Shown: in pieces, positions 26,837 through 40,899 of the stretch
How positions within the stretch are numbered: position 1 is the stretch's first letter
How the letters are laid out: the number at the start of each line of letters is the position of its first letter
NCBI GenBank assembly: GCA_964057225.1
Contig: CAXKVF010000079.1
Location: 372,001-436,000 of the forward strand
DNA length: 64,000 nucleotides
From: Auanema rhodensis
Lineage: Eukaryota; Animalia; Nematoda
Direction: 5' to 3'
The notes under the pieces: generated by a model
What the model was told of the DNA's origin: nothing
Seen by the model: the letters and a program-made list of their open reading frames with translations, nothing else
Databases searched by the model: none
Made by a program: the position numbers and the translations under genes

Positions 26837-29700
26837 TCCATATTAGTCTAAAAACAAATTTTTATTGATATTGGTTCATGGTAACCATGACTTTGAAATT
26901 TACGTGAACTTTAGTTTATGCTAATTAAATGTACACGTGGTGTGCACTTGGTATGTAACTCGCTTCACGTGAAAGATAAAGAGATGCGGTTTTCAAAATT
27001 AGATTCCCCATGTCCATATTAGTCTAAAAACAAATTTTTATTGATATTGGTGCATGGTAACCATGACTTTGAAATTTACGTGAACTTTAATTTATGCTAA
27101 TTAAATGTACACGTGATGTGCACTTGGTATGTAACTCGCTTCACGTGAAAGATAAAGAGATGCGGTTTTCAAAATTAGATTCCTTATGTCCATATTAGTC
27201 CAAAAACAAATTTTTATTGATATTGGTTCATGGTAACCATGACTTTGAAATTTACGTGAACTTTAATTTATGCTAATTAAATGTACACGTGATGTGCACT
27301 TGGTATGTAACTCGCTTCACGTGAAAGATAAAGAGATGCGGTTTTCAAAATTAGATTCCCCATGTCCATATTAGTCTAAAAACAAATTTTTATTGATATT
27401 GGTTCATGGTAACCATGTCTTTGAAATTTACGTGAAATTTAATTTATGCTAATTAAATGTACACGTGATGTGCACTTGGTATGTAACTCGCTTCACGTGC
27501 AAGATAAAGAGATGAGGTTTTCAAAATTAGATTCCCCATGTCCATATTAGTCTAAAAACAAATTTTTATTGATATTGGTGCATGGTAACCATGACTTTGA
27601 AATTTACGTGAACTTTAATTTATGCTAATTAAATGTACACGTGATGTGCACTTGGTATGTAACTCGATTCACGTGAAAGATAAAGAGATGCGGTTTACAA
27701 AATTAGATTCCCCATGTCCATATTAGTCTAAAAACAAATTTTTATTGATATTGGTTCATGGTAACCATGACTTTGAAATTTACGTGAACTTTAATTTATG
27801 CTGATTAAATGTACACGTGATGTGCACTTGGTATGTAACTCGCTTCACGTGAAAGATAAAGAGATGCGGTTTTCAAAATTAGATTCCCCATGTCCATATT
27901 AGTCTAAAAACAACTTTTTATTGATATTGGTGCATGGTAACCTTGACTTTGAAATTTACGTGAAATTTAATTTATGCTAATTAAATGTACACGTGATGTG
28001 CACTTGGTATGTAACTCGCTTCACGTGAAAGATAAAGAGATGAGGTTTTCAAAATTAGATTCCCCATGTCCATATTAGTCTAAAAACAAATTTTTATTGA
28101 TATTGGTGCATGGTAACCATGACTTTGAAATTTACGTGAACTTTAATTTATGCTAATTAAATGTACACGTGATGTGCACTTGGTATGTAACTCGATTCAC
28201 GTGAAAGATAAAGAGATGCGGTTTACAAAATTAGATTCCCCATGTCCATATTAGTCTAAAAACAAATTTTTATTGATATTGGTTCATGGTAACCATGACT
28301 TTGAAATTTACGTGAACTTTAATTTATGCTGATTAAATGTACACGTGATGTGCACTTGGTATGTAACTCGCTTCACGTGAAAGATAAAGAGATGCGGTTT
28401 TCAAAATTAGATTCCCCATGTCCATATTAGTCTAAAAACAACTTTTTATTGATATTGGTGCATGGTAACCTTGACTTTGAAATTTACGTGAACTTTAATT
28501 CATGCTAATTAAATGTACACGTGATGTGCACTTGGTATGTAACTCGCTTCACGTGAAAGATAAAGAGATGCGGTTTTCAAAATTAGATTCTTCATGTCCA
28601 TATTAGTCTAAAAACAAATTTTTATTGATATTGGTGCATGGTAACCATGACTTTGAAATTTACGTGAACTTTAATTCATGCTAATTAAATGTACACGTGA
28701 TGTGCACTTGGTATGTAACTCGCTTCACGTAAAAGATAAAGAGATGCGGTTTTCAAAATTAGATTCCCCATGTCCATATTAGTCTAAAAACAAATTTTTA
28801 TTGATATTGGTGCATGGTAACCATGACTTTGAAATTTACGTGAACTTTAATTCATGCTAATTAAATGTACACGTGATGTGCACTTGGTATGTAACTCGCT
28901 TCACGTGAAAGATAAAGAGATGCGGTTTTCAAAATTATATTCCCCATGTCCATATTAGTCTAAAAACAAATTTTTTTTGATATTGGTTCATGGTAACCAT
29001 GTCTTTGAAATTTACGTGAACTTTAATTTATGCTAATTAAATGTACACGTGATGTGCACTTGGTATGTAACTCGCTTCATGTGAAAGATAAAGAGATGCG
29101 GTTTTCAAAATTAGATTCCCCATGTCCATATTAGTCTAAAAACAAATTTTTATTGATATTGGTGCATGGTAACCATGACTTTGAAATTTACGTGAACTTT
29201 AATTTATGCTAATTAAATGTACACGTGATGTGCACTTGGTATGTAACTCGCTTCACGTGAAAGATAAAGAGATGCGGTTTTCAAAATTAGATTCCCCATG
29301 TCCATATTAGTCTAAAAACAAATTTTTATTGATATTGGTGCATGGTAACCATGACTTTGAAATTTACGTGAACTTTAATTTATGCTAATTAAATGTACAC
29401 GTGATGTGCACTTGGTATGTAACTCGCTTCACGTGAAAGATAAAGAGATGCGGTTTTCAAAATTAGATTCCCCATGTCCATATTAGTCTAAAAACAAATT
29501 TTTATTGATATTGGTGCATGGTAACCATGACTTTGAATTTTACGTGAACTTTAATTTATGCTAATTAAATGTACACGTGATGTGCACTTGGTATGTAACT
29601 CGCTTCACGTGAAAGATAAAGAGATGCGGTTTTCAAAATTAGATTCCCCATGTCCATATTAGTCTAAAAACAAATTTTTATTGATATTGGTTCATGGTAA
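26752..29700 (+). repeat. ~2.9-kb second copy of block ~22268-25216 (offset 4484 = 26x176-92)
   Basis: Shared rare variants at +4484: CCTTAT (22700/27184), GTGCAAGA (23016/27500), TTTTTTTTGA (24492/28976), GAATTTTAC (25054/29538). The match ends by 25222/29706. Confidence 0.9.
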
Positions 29701-29829
29701 CCATGACTTTGAAATTTACGTGAACTTTAATTTATGCTAATTAAATGTACACGTGATGTGCACTTGGTATGTAACTCGCTTCACGTGAAAGATAAAGAGA
29801 TGCGGTTTTCAAAATTAGATTCCCCATGT

Positions 29830-31590
29830 CCATATTAGTCTAAAAACAAATTTTTATTGATATTGGTTCATGGTAACCATGACTTTGAAATTTACGTGAA
29901 CTTCAATTTATGCTAATTAAATGTACACGTGATGTGCACTTGGTATGTAACTCGCTTCACGTGAAAGATAAAGAGATGCGGTTTTCAAAATTAGATTCCC
30001 CATGTCCATATTAGTCTAAAAACAATTTTTATTGATATTGGTTCATGGTAACCATGACTTTGAAATTTACGTGAACTTTAATTTATGCTAATTAAATGTA
30101 CACGTGATGTGCACTTGGTATGTAACTCGCTTCACGTGAAAGATAAAGAGATGCGGTTCTCAAAATTAGATTCCCCATGTCCATATTAGTCTAAAAACAA
30201 ATTTTTATTGATATTGGTGCATGGTAACCATGACTTTGAAATTTACGTGAACTTTAATTTATGCTAATTAAATGTACACGTGATGTGCACTTGGTATGTA
30301 ACTCGCTTCACGTAAAAGATAGAGAGATGCGGTTTTCAAAATTAGATTCCCCATGTCCATATTAGTCTAAAAACAAATTTTTATTGATATTGGTTCATGG
30401 TAACCATGACTTTGAAATTTACGTGAACTTTAATTTATGATAATTAAATGTACACGTGATGTGCACTTGGTATGTAACTCGCTTCACGTGAAAGATAAAG
30501 AGATGCGGTTTTCAAAATTAGATTCCCCATGTCCATATTAGTCTAAAAACAAATTTTTATTGATATTGGTTCATGGTAACCATGACTTTGAAATTTACGT
30601 GAACTTTAACTTATGCTAATTAAATGTACACGTGATGTGCACTTGGTATGTAACTCGCTTCACGTGAAAGATAAAGAGATGCGGTTTTCAAAATTAGATT
30701 CCCCATGTCCATATTAGTCTAAAAACAAATTTTTATTGATATTGGTTCATGGTAACCATGACTTTGAAATTTACGTGAACTTCAATTTATGCTAATTAAA
30801 TGTACACGTGATGTGCACTTGGTATGTAACTCGCTTCACGTGAAAGATAAAGAGATGCGGTTTTCAAAATTAGATTCCCCATGTCCATATTAGTCTAAAA
30901 ACAATTTTTATTGATATTGGTTCATGGTAACCATGACTTTGAAATTTACGTGAACTTTAATTTATGCTAATTAAATGTACACGTGATGTGCACTTGGTAT
31001 GTAACTCGCTTCACGTGAAAGATAAAGAGATGCGGTTTTCAAAATTAGATTCCCCATGTCCATATTAGTCTAAAAACAAATTTTTATTGATATTGGTGCA
31101 TGGTAACCATGACTTTGAAATTTACGTGAACTTTAATTTATGCTAATTAAATGTACACGTGATGTGCACTTGGTATGTAACTCGCTTCACGTAAAAGATA
31201 GAGAGATGCGGTTTTCAAAATTAGATTCCCCATGTCCATATTAGTCTAAAAACAAATTTTTATTGATATTGGTTCATGGTAACCATGACTTTGAAATTTA
31301 CGTGAACTTTAATTTATGATAATTAAATGTACACGTGATGTGCACTTGGTATGTAACTCGCTTCACGTGAAAGATAAAGAGATGCGGTTTTCAAAATTAG
31401 ATTCCCCATGTCCATATTAGTCTAAAAACAAATTTTTATTGATATTGGTTCATGGTAACCATGACTTTGAAATTTACGTGAACTTTAACTTATGCTAATT
31501 AAATGTACACGTGATGTGCACTTGGTATGTAACTCGCTTCACGTGAAAGATAAAGAGATGCGGTTTTCAAAATTAGATTCCCCATGTCCA
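29830..31590 (+). repeat. 5-mer duplication (879 bp) that includes a 175-bp monomer
   Basis: CTTCAAT (29904/30783), a 1-bp A deletion in AACAATTTTT (~30025/~30904) and GTAAAAGATAGAG (30314/31193) all recur at +879. Confidence 0.85.
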
Positions 31591-34500
31591 TATTAGTCTA
31601 AAAACAAATTTTTATTGATATTGGTGCATGGTAACCATGACTTTGAAATTTACGTGAACTTTAATTTATGCTAATTAAATGTACACGTGATGTGCACTTG
31701 GTATGTAACTCGCTTCACGTGAAAAATAAAGAGATGCGGTTTTCAAAATTAGTTTCCCCATGTCCATATTAGTCTACAAACAAATTTTTATTGATATTGG
31801 TGCATGGTAACCATGACTTTGAAATTTACGTGAACTTTAATTTATGCTAATTAAATGTACACGTGATGTGCACTTGGTATGTAACTCGCTTCACGTGAAA
31901 GATAAAGAGATGCGGTTTTCAAAATTAGATTCCCCATGTCCATATTAGTCTAAAAACAAATTTTTATTGATATTGGTTCATGGTAACCATGTCTTTGAAA
32001 ATTACGTGAACTTTAATTTATGCTAATTAAATGTACACGTGATGTGCACTTGGTATGTAACTCGCTTCACGTGAAAGATAAAGAGATGCGGTTTTCAAAA
32101 TTAGATTCCCCATGTCCATATTAGTCTAAAAACAAATTTTTATTGATATTGGTGCATGGTAACCATGACTTTGAAATTTACGTGAACTTTAATTTATGCT
32201 AATTAAATGTACACGTGATGTGCACTTGGTATGTAACTCGCTTCACGTGAAAGATAAAGAGATGCGGTTTTCAAAATTAGATTCCCCATGTCCATATTAG
32301 TCTAAAAACAAATTTTTATTGATATTGGTTCATGGTAACCATGACTTTGAAATTTACGTGAACTTTAACTTATGCTAATTAAATGTACACGTGATGTGCA
32401 CTTGGTATGTAACTCGCTTCACGTGAAAGATAAAGAGATGCGGTTTTCAAAATTAGATTCCCCATGTCCATATTAGTCTAAAAACAAATTTTTATTGATA
32501 TTGGTGCATGGTAACCATGACTTTGAAATTTACGTGAACTTTAATTTATGCTAATTAAATGTACACGTGATGTGCACTTGGTATGTAACTCGCTTCACGT
32601 AAAAGATAGAGAGATGCGGTTTTCAAAATTAGATTCCCCATGTCCATATTAGTCTAAAAACAAATTTTTATTGATATTGGTTCATGGTAACCATGACTTT
32701 GAAATTTACGTGAACTTTAATTTATGATAATTAAATGTACACGTGATGTGCACTTGGTATGTAACTCGCTTCACGTGAAAGATAAAGAGATGCGGTTTTC
32801 AAAATTAGATTCCCCATGTCCATATTAGTCTAAAAACAAATTTTTATTGATATTGGTTCATGGTAACCATGACTTTGAAATTTACGTGAACTTTAACTTA
32901 TGCTAATTAAATGTACACGTGATGTGCACTTGGTATGTAACTCGCTTCACGTGAAAGATAAAGAGATGCGGTTTTCAAAATTAGATTCCCCATGTCCATA
33001 TTAGTCTAAAAACAAATTTTTATTGATATTGGTGCATGGTAACCATGACTTTGAAATTTACGTGAACTTTAATTTATGCTAATTAAATGTACACGTGATG
33101 TGCACTTGGTATGTAACTCGCTTCACGTGAAAAATAAAGAGATGCGGTTTTCAAAATTAGTTTCCCCATGTCCATATTAGTCTACAAACAAATTTTTATT
33201 GATATTGGTGCATGGTAACCATGACTTTGAAAATTACGTGAACTTTAATTTATGCTAATTAAATGTACACGTGATGTGCACTTGGTATGTAACTCGCTTC
33301 ACGTGAAAGATAAAGAGATGCGGTTTTCAAAATTAGATTCCCCATGTCCATATTAGTCTAAAAACAAATTTTTATTGATATTGGTTCATGGTAACCATGT
33401 CTTTGAAAATTACGTGAACTTTAATTTATGCTAATTAAATGTACACGTGATGTGCACTTGGTATGTAACTCGCTTCACGTGAAAGATAAAGAGATGCGGT
33501 TTTCAAAATTAGATTCCCCATGTCCATATTAGTCTAAAAACAAATTTTTATTGATATTGGTTCATGGTAACCATGACTTTGAAATTTACGTGAACTTTAA
33601 TTTATGCTAATTAAATGTACACGTGATGTGCACTTGGTATGTAACTCGCTTCACGTGAAAAATAAAGAGATGCCGTTTTCAAAATTAGATTCCCCATCTC
33701 CATATTAGTCTAAAAACAAATTTTTATTGATATTGGTGCATGGTAACCATGACTTTGAAATTTACGTGAACTTTAATTTATGCTAATTAAATGTACACGT
33801 GATGTGCACTTGGTATGTAACTCGCTTCACGTGAAAGATAAAGAGATGCGGTTTTCAAAATTAGATTCCCCATGTCCATATTAGTCTAAAAACAAATTTT
33901 TATTGATATTGGTTCATGGTAACCATGACTTTGAAATTTACGTGAACTTTAATTTATGCTAATTAAATGTACACGTGATGTGCACTTGGTATGTAACTCG
34001 CTTCACGTGAAAGATAAAGAGATGCGGTTTTCACAATTAGATTCCCCATGTTCATATTAGTCTAAAAACAAATTTTTATTGATATTGGTGCATGGTAACC
34101 ATGACTTTGAAATTTACGTGAACTTTAATTTATGCTAATTAAATGTACACGTGATGTGCACTTGGTATGTAACTCGCTTCACGTGAAAGATAAAGAGATG
34201 CGGTTTTCAAATTTAGATTCCCCATGTCCATATTAGTCTAAAACAAATTTTTATTGATATTGGTTCATGGTAACCATGACTTTGAAATTTACGTGAACTT
34301 TAATTTATGCTAATTAAATGTACACGTGATGTGCACTTGGTATGTAACTCGCTTCACGTGAAAGATAAAGAGATGCGGTTTTCAAAATTAGATTCCCCAT
34401 GTCCATATTAGTCTAAAAACAAATTTTTATTGATATTGGTTCATGGTAACCATGACTTTGAAATTTACGTGAACTTTAATTTATGCTAATTAAATGTACA

Positions 34501-37500
34501 CGTGATGTGCACTTGGTATGTAACTCGCTTCACGTGAAAAATAAAGAGATGCGGTTTTTAAAATTAGATTCCCCATGTCCATATTAGTCTAAAAACAAAT
34601 TTTTATTGATATTGGTTCATGGTAACCATGACTTTGAAATTTACGTGAACTTTAACTTATGCTAATTAAATGTACACGTGATGTGCACTTGGTATGTAAC
34701 TCGCTTCACGTGAAAGATAAAGAGATGCGGTTTTCAAAATTAGATTCCCCATGTCCATATTAGTCTAAAAACAAATTTTTATTGATATTGGTTCATGGTA
34801 ACCATGACTTTGAAATTTACGTGAACTTTAATTTATGCTAATTAAATGTACACGTGATGTGCACTTGGTATGTAACTCGCTTCACGTGAAAGATAAAAAG
34901 ATGCGGTTTTCAAAATTAGATTCCCCATGTCCGTATTAGTCTAAAAACAAATTTTTATTGATATTGGTGCATGGTAACCATGACTTTGAAAATTACGTGA
35001 ACTTTAATTTATGCTAATTAAATGTACACGTGATGTGCACTTGGTATGTAACTCGCTTCACGTGAAAGATAAAAAGATGCGGTTTTCAAAATTAGATTCC
35101 CCATGTCCAAATTAGTGTAAAAACAAATTTTTATTGATATTGGTTCATGGTAACCATGACTTTGAAATTTACGTGAACTTTAATTTATGCTAATTAAATG
35201 TACACGTGATGTGCACTTGGTATGTAACTCGCTTCACGTGAAAGATAAAGAGATGCGGTTTTCAAAATTAGATTCCCCATGTCCATATTAGTCTAAAAAC
35301 AAATTTTTATTGATATTGGTGCATGGTAACCATGACTTTGAAATTTACGTGAACTTTAATTTATGCTAATTAAATGTACACGTGATGTGCACTTGGTATG
35401 TAACTCGCTTCACGTAAAAGATAGAGAGATGCGGTTTTCAAAATTAGATTCCCCATGTCCATATTAGTCTAAAAACAAATTTTTATTGATATTGGTTCAT
35501 GGTAACCATGACTTTGAAATTTACGTGAACTTTAATTTATGATAATTAAATGTACACGTGATGTGCACTTGGTATGTAACTCGCTTCACGTGAAAGATAA
35601 AGAGATGCGGTTTTCAAAATTAGATTCCCCATGTCCATATTAGTCTAAAAACAAATTTTTATTGATATTGGTTCATGGTAACCATGACTTTGAAATTTAC
35701 GTGAACTTTAACTTATGCTAATTAAATGTACACGTGATGTGCACTTGGTATGTAACTCGCTTCACGTGAAAGATAAAGAGATGCGGTTTTCAAAATTAGA
35801 TTCCCCATGTCCATATTAGTCTAAAAACAAATTTTTATTGATATTGGTGCATGGTAACCATGACTTTGAAATTTACGTGAACTTTAATTTATGCTAATTA
35901 AATGTACACGTGATGTGCACTTGGTATGTAACTCGCTTCACGTGAAAAATAAAGAGATGCGGTTTTCAAAATTAGTTTCCCCATGTCCATATTAGTCTAC
36001 AAACAAATTTTTATTGATATTGGTGCATGGTAACCATGACTTTGAAATTTACGTGAACTTTAATTTATGCTAATTAAATGTACACGTGATGTGCACTTGG
36101 TATGTAACTCGCTTCACGTGAAAGATAAAGAGATGCGGTTTTCAAAATTAGATTCCCCATGTCCATATTAGTCTAAAAACAAATTTTTATTGATATTGGT
36201 TCATGGTAACCATGTCTTTGAAAATTACGTGAACTTTAATTTATGCTAATTAAATGTACACGTGATGTGCACTTGGTATGTAACTCGCTTCACGTGAAAG
36301 ATAAAGAGATGCGGTTTTCAAAATTAGTTTCCCCATGTCCATATTAGTCTAAAAACAAATTTTTATTGATATTGGTTCATGGTAACCATGACTTTGAAAT
36401 TTACGTGAACTTTAATTTATGCTAATTAAATGTACACGTGATGTGCACTTGGTATGTAACTCGCTTCACGTGAAAGATAAAGAGATGCGGTTTTCAAAAT
36501 TAGATTCCCCATGTCCATATTAGTCTAAAAACAAATTTTTATTGATATTGGTGCATGGTAACCATGACTTTGAAATTTACGTGAACTTTAATTTATGCTA
36601 ATTAAATGTACACGTGATGTGCACTTGGTATGTAACTCGCTTCACGTAAAAGATAGAGAGATGCGGTTTTCAAAATTAGATTCCCCATCTCCATATTAGT
36701 CTAAAAACAAATTTTTATTGATATTGGTTCATGGTAACCATGACTTTGAAATTTACGTGAACTTTAATTTATGATAATTAAATGTACACGTGATGTGCAC
36801 TTGGTATGTAACTCGCTTCACGTGAAAGATAAAGAGATGCGGTTTTCAAAATTAGATTCCCCATGTCCATATTAGTCTAAAAACAAATTTTTATTGATAT
36901 TGGTTCATGGTAACCATGACTTTGAAATTTACGTGAACTTTAACTTATGCTAATTAAATGTACACGTGATGTGCACTTGGTATGTAACTCGCTTCACGTG
37001 AAAGATAAAGAGATGCGGTTTTCAAAATTAGATTCCCCATGTCCATATTAGTCTAAAAACAAATTTTTATTGATATTGGTGCATGGTAACCATGACTTTG
37101 AAATTTACGTGAACTTTAATTTATGCTAATTAAATGTACACGTGATGTGCACTTGGTATGTAACTCGCTTCACGTGAAAAATAAAGAGATGCGGTTTTCA
37201 AAATTAGTTTCCCCATGTCCATATTAGTCTACAAACAAATTTTTATTGATATTGGTGCATGGTAACCATGACTTTGAAATTTACGTGAACTTTAATTTAT
37301 GCTAATTAAATGTACACGTGATGTGCACTTGGTATGTAACTCGCTTCACGTGAAAGATAAAGAGATGCGGTTTTCAAAATTAGATTCCCCATGTCCATAT
37401 TAGTCTAAAAACAAATTTTTATTGATATTGGTGCATGGTAACCATGACTTTGAAATTTACGTGAACTTTAATTTATGCTAATTAAATGTACACGTGATGT

Positions 37501-40500
37501 GCACTTGGTATGTAACTCGCTTCACGTGAAAGATAAAGAGATGCGGTTTTCAAAATTAGATTCCCCATGTCCATATTAGTCTAAAAACAAATTTTTATTG
37601 ATATTGGTTCATGGTAACCATGACTTTGAAATTTACGTGAACTTTAATTTATGCTAATTAAATGTACACGTGATGTGCACTTGGTATGTAACTCGCTTCA
37701 CGTGAAAGATAAAGAGATGCGGTTTTCAAAATTAGATTCCCCATGTCCATATTAGTCTAAAAACAAATTTTTATTGATATTGGTGCATGGTAACCATGAC
37801 TTTGAAATTTACGTGAACTTTAATTTATGCTAATTAAATGTACACGTGATGTGCACTTGGTATGTAACTCGCTTCACGTAAAAGATAGAGAGATGCGGTT
37901 TTCAAAATTAGATTCCCCATGTCCATATTAGTCTAAAAACAAATTTTTATTGATATTGGTTCATGGTAACCATGACTTTGAAATTTACGTGAACTTTAAT
38001 TTATGATAATTAAATGTACACGTGATGTGCACTTGGTATGTAACTCGCTTCACGTGAAAGATAAAGAGATGCGGTTTTCAAAATTAGATTCCCCATGTCC
38101 ATATTAGTCTAAAAACAAATTTTTATTGATATTGGTTCATGGTAACCATGACTTTGAAATTTACCTGAACTTTAACTTATGCTAATTAAATGTACACGTG
38201 ATGTGCACTTGGTATGTAACTCGCTTCACGTGAAAGATAAAGAGATGCGGTTTTCAAAATTAGATTCCCCATGTCCATATTAGTCTAAAAACAAATTTTT
38301 ATTGATATTGGTGCATGGTAACCATGACTTTGAAATTTACGTGAACTTTAATTTATGCTAATTAAATGTACACGTGATGTGCACTTGGTATGTAACTCGC
38401 TTCACGTGAAAAATAAAGAGATGCGGTTTTCAAAATTAGTTTCCCCATGTCCATATTAGTCTACAAACAAATTTTTATTGATATTGGTGCATGGTAACCA
38501 TGACTTTGAAATTTACGTGAACTTTAATTTATGCTAATTAAATGTACACGTGATGTGCACTTGGTATGTAACTCGCTTCACGTGAAAGATAAAGAGATGC
38601 GGTTTTCAAAATTAGATTCCCCATGTCCATATTAGTCTAAAAACAAATTTTTATTGATATTGGTGCATGGTAACCATGACTTTGAAATTTACGTGAACTT
38701 TAATTTATGCTAATTAAATGTACACGTGATGTGCACTTGGTATGTAACTCGCTTCACGTGAAAGATAAAGAGATGCGGTTTTCAAAATTAGATTCCACAT
38801 GTCCATATTAGTCTAAAAACAAATTTTTATTGATATTGGTGCATGGTAACCATGACTTTGAAATTTACGTGAACTTTAATTTATGCTAATTAAATGTACA
38901 CGTGATGTGCACTTGGTATGTAACTCGCTTCACGTGAAAGATAAAGAGATGCGGTTTTCAAGATTAGATTCCCCATGTCCATATTAGTCTAAAAACAAAT
39001 TTTTATTGATATTGGTTCATGGTAACCATGACTTTGAAATTTACGTGAACTTTAATTTATGCTAATTAAATGTACACGTGATGTGCACTTGGTATGTAAC
39101 TCGCTTCACGTGAAAGATAAAGAGATGCGGTTTTCAAAATTAGATTCCCCATGTCCATATTAGTCTAAAAACAAATTTTTATTGATATTGGTTCATGGTA
39201 ACCATGACTTTGAAATTTACGTGAACTTTAATTTATGCTAATTAAATGTACACGTGATGTGCACTTGGTATGTAACTCGCTTCACGTGAAAGATAAAGAG
39301 ATGCGGTTTTCAAAATTAGATTCCCCATGTCCATATTAGTCTAAAAACAAATTTTTATTGATATTGGTTCATGGTAACCATGACTTTGAAATTTACGTGA
39401 ACTTTAATTTATGCTAATTAAATGTACACGTGATGTGCACTTGGTATGTAACTCGCTTCACGTGAAAGATAAAGAGATGCGGTTTTCAAAATTAGATTCC
39501 CCATGTCCATATTAGTCTAAAAACAAATTTTTATTGATATTGGTTCATGGTAACCATGACTTTGAAATTTACGTGAACTTTAACTTATGCTAATTAATTG
39601 TACACGTGATGTGCACTTGGTATGTAACTCGCTTCACGTGAAAGATAAAGAGATGCGGTTTTCAAAATTAGATTCCCCATGTCCATATTAGTCTAAAAAC
39701 AAATTTTTATTGATATTGGTGCATGGTAACCATGACTTTGACATTTACGTGAACTTTAATTTATGCTAATTAAATGTACACGTGATGTGCACTTGGTATG
39801 TATCTCGCTTCACGTAAAAGATAGAGAGATGCGGTTTTCAAAATTAGATTCCCCATGTCCATATTAGTCTAAAAACAAATTTTTATTGATATTGGTTCAT
39901 GGTAACCATGACTTTGAAATTTACGTGAACTTTAATTTATGATAATTAAATGTACACGTGATGTGCACTTGGTATGTAACTCGCTTCACGTGAAAGATAA
40001 AGAGATGCGGTTTTCAAAATTAGATTCCCCATGTCCATATTAGTCTAAAAACGAATTTTTATTGATATTGGTTCATGGTAACCATGATTTTGAAATTTAC
40101 GTGAACTTTAATTTATGCTAATTAAATGTACACGTGATGTGCACTTGGTATGTAACTCGCTTCACGTGAAAGATAAGGAGATGCGGTTTTCAAAATTAGA
40201 TTCCCCATGTCCATATTAGTCTAAAAACAAATTTTTATTGATATTGGTTCATGGTAACCATGACTTTGAAATTTACGTGAACTTTAATTTATGCTAATTA
40301 AATGTACACGTGATGTGCACTTGGTATGTAACTCGCTTCACGTGAAAGATAAAGAGATGCGGTTTTCAAAATTAGATTCCCCATGTCCATATTAGTCTAA
40401 AAACAAATTTTTATTGATATTGGTGCATGGTAACCATGACTTTGAAATTTACGTGAACTTTAATTTATGCTAATTAAATGTACACGTGATGTGCACTTGG

Positions 40501-40899
40501 TATGTAACTCGCTTCACGTGAAAGATAAAGAGATGCGGTTTTTAAAATTAGATTCCCCATGTTCATATTAGTCTAAAAACAAATTTTTATTGATATTGGT
40601 TCATGGTAACCATGACTTTGAAATTTACGTGAACTTTAATTTATGCTAATTAAATGTACACGTGATGTGCACTTGGTATGTAACTCACTTCACGTGAAAG
40701 ATAAAGAGATGCGGTTTTCAAAATTAGATTCCCCATGTCCATATTAGTCTAAAAACAAATTTTTATTGATATTGGTTCATGGTAACCATGACTTTGAAAT
40801 TTACGTGAACTTTAATTTATGCTAATTAAATGTACACGTGATGTGCACTTGGTATGTAACTTGCTTCACGTGAAAGATAAAGAGATGCGGTTTTCAAAA

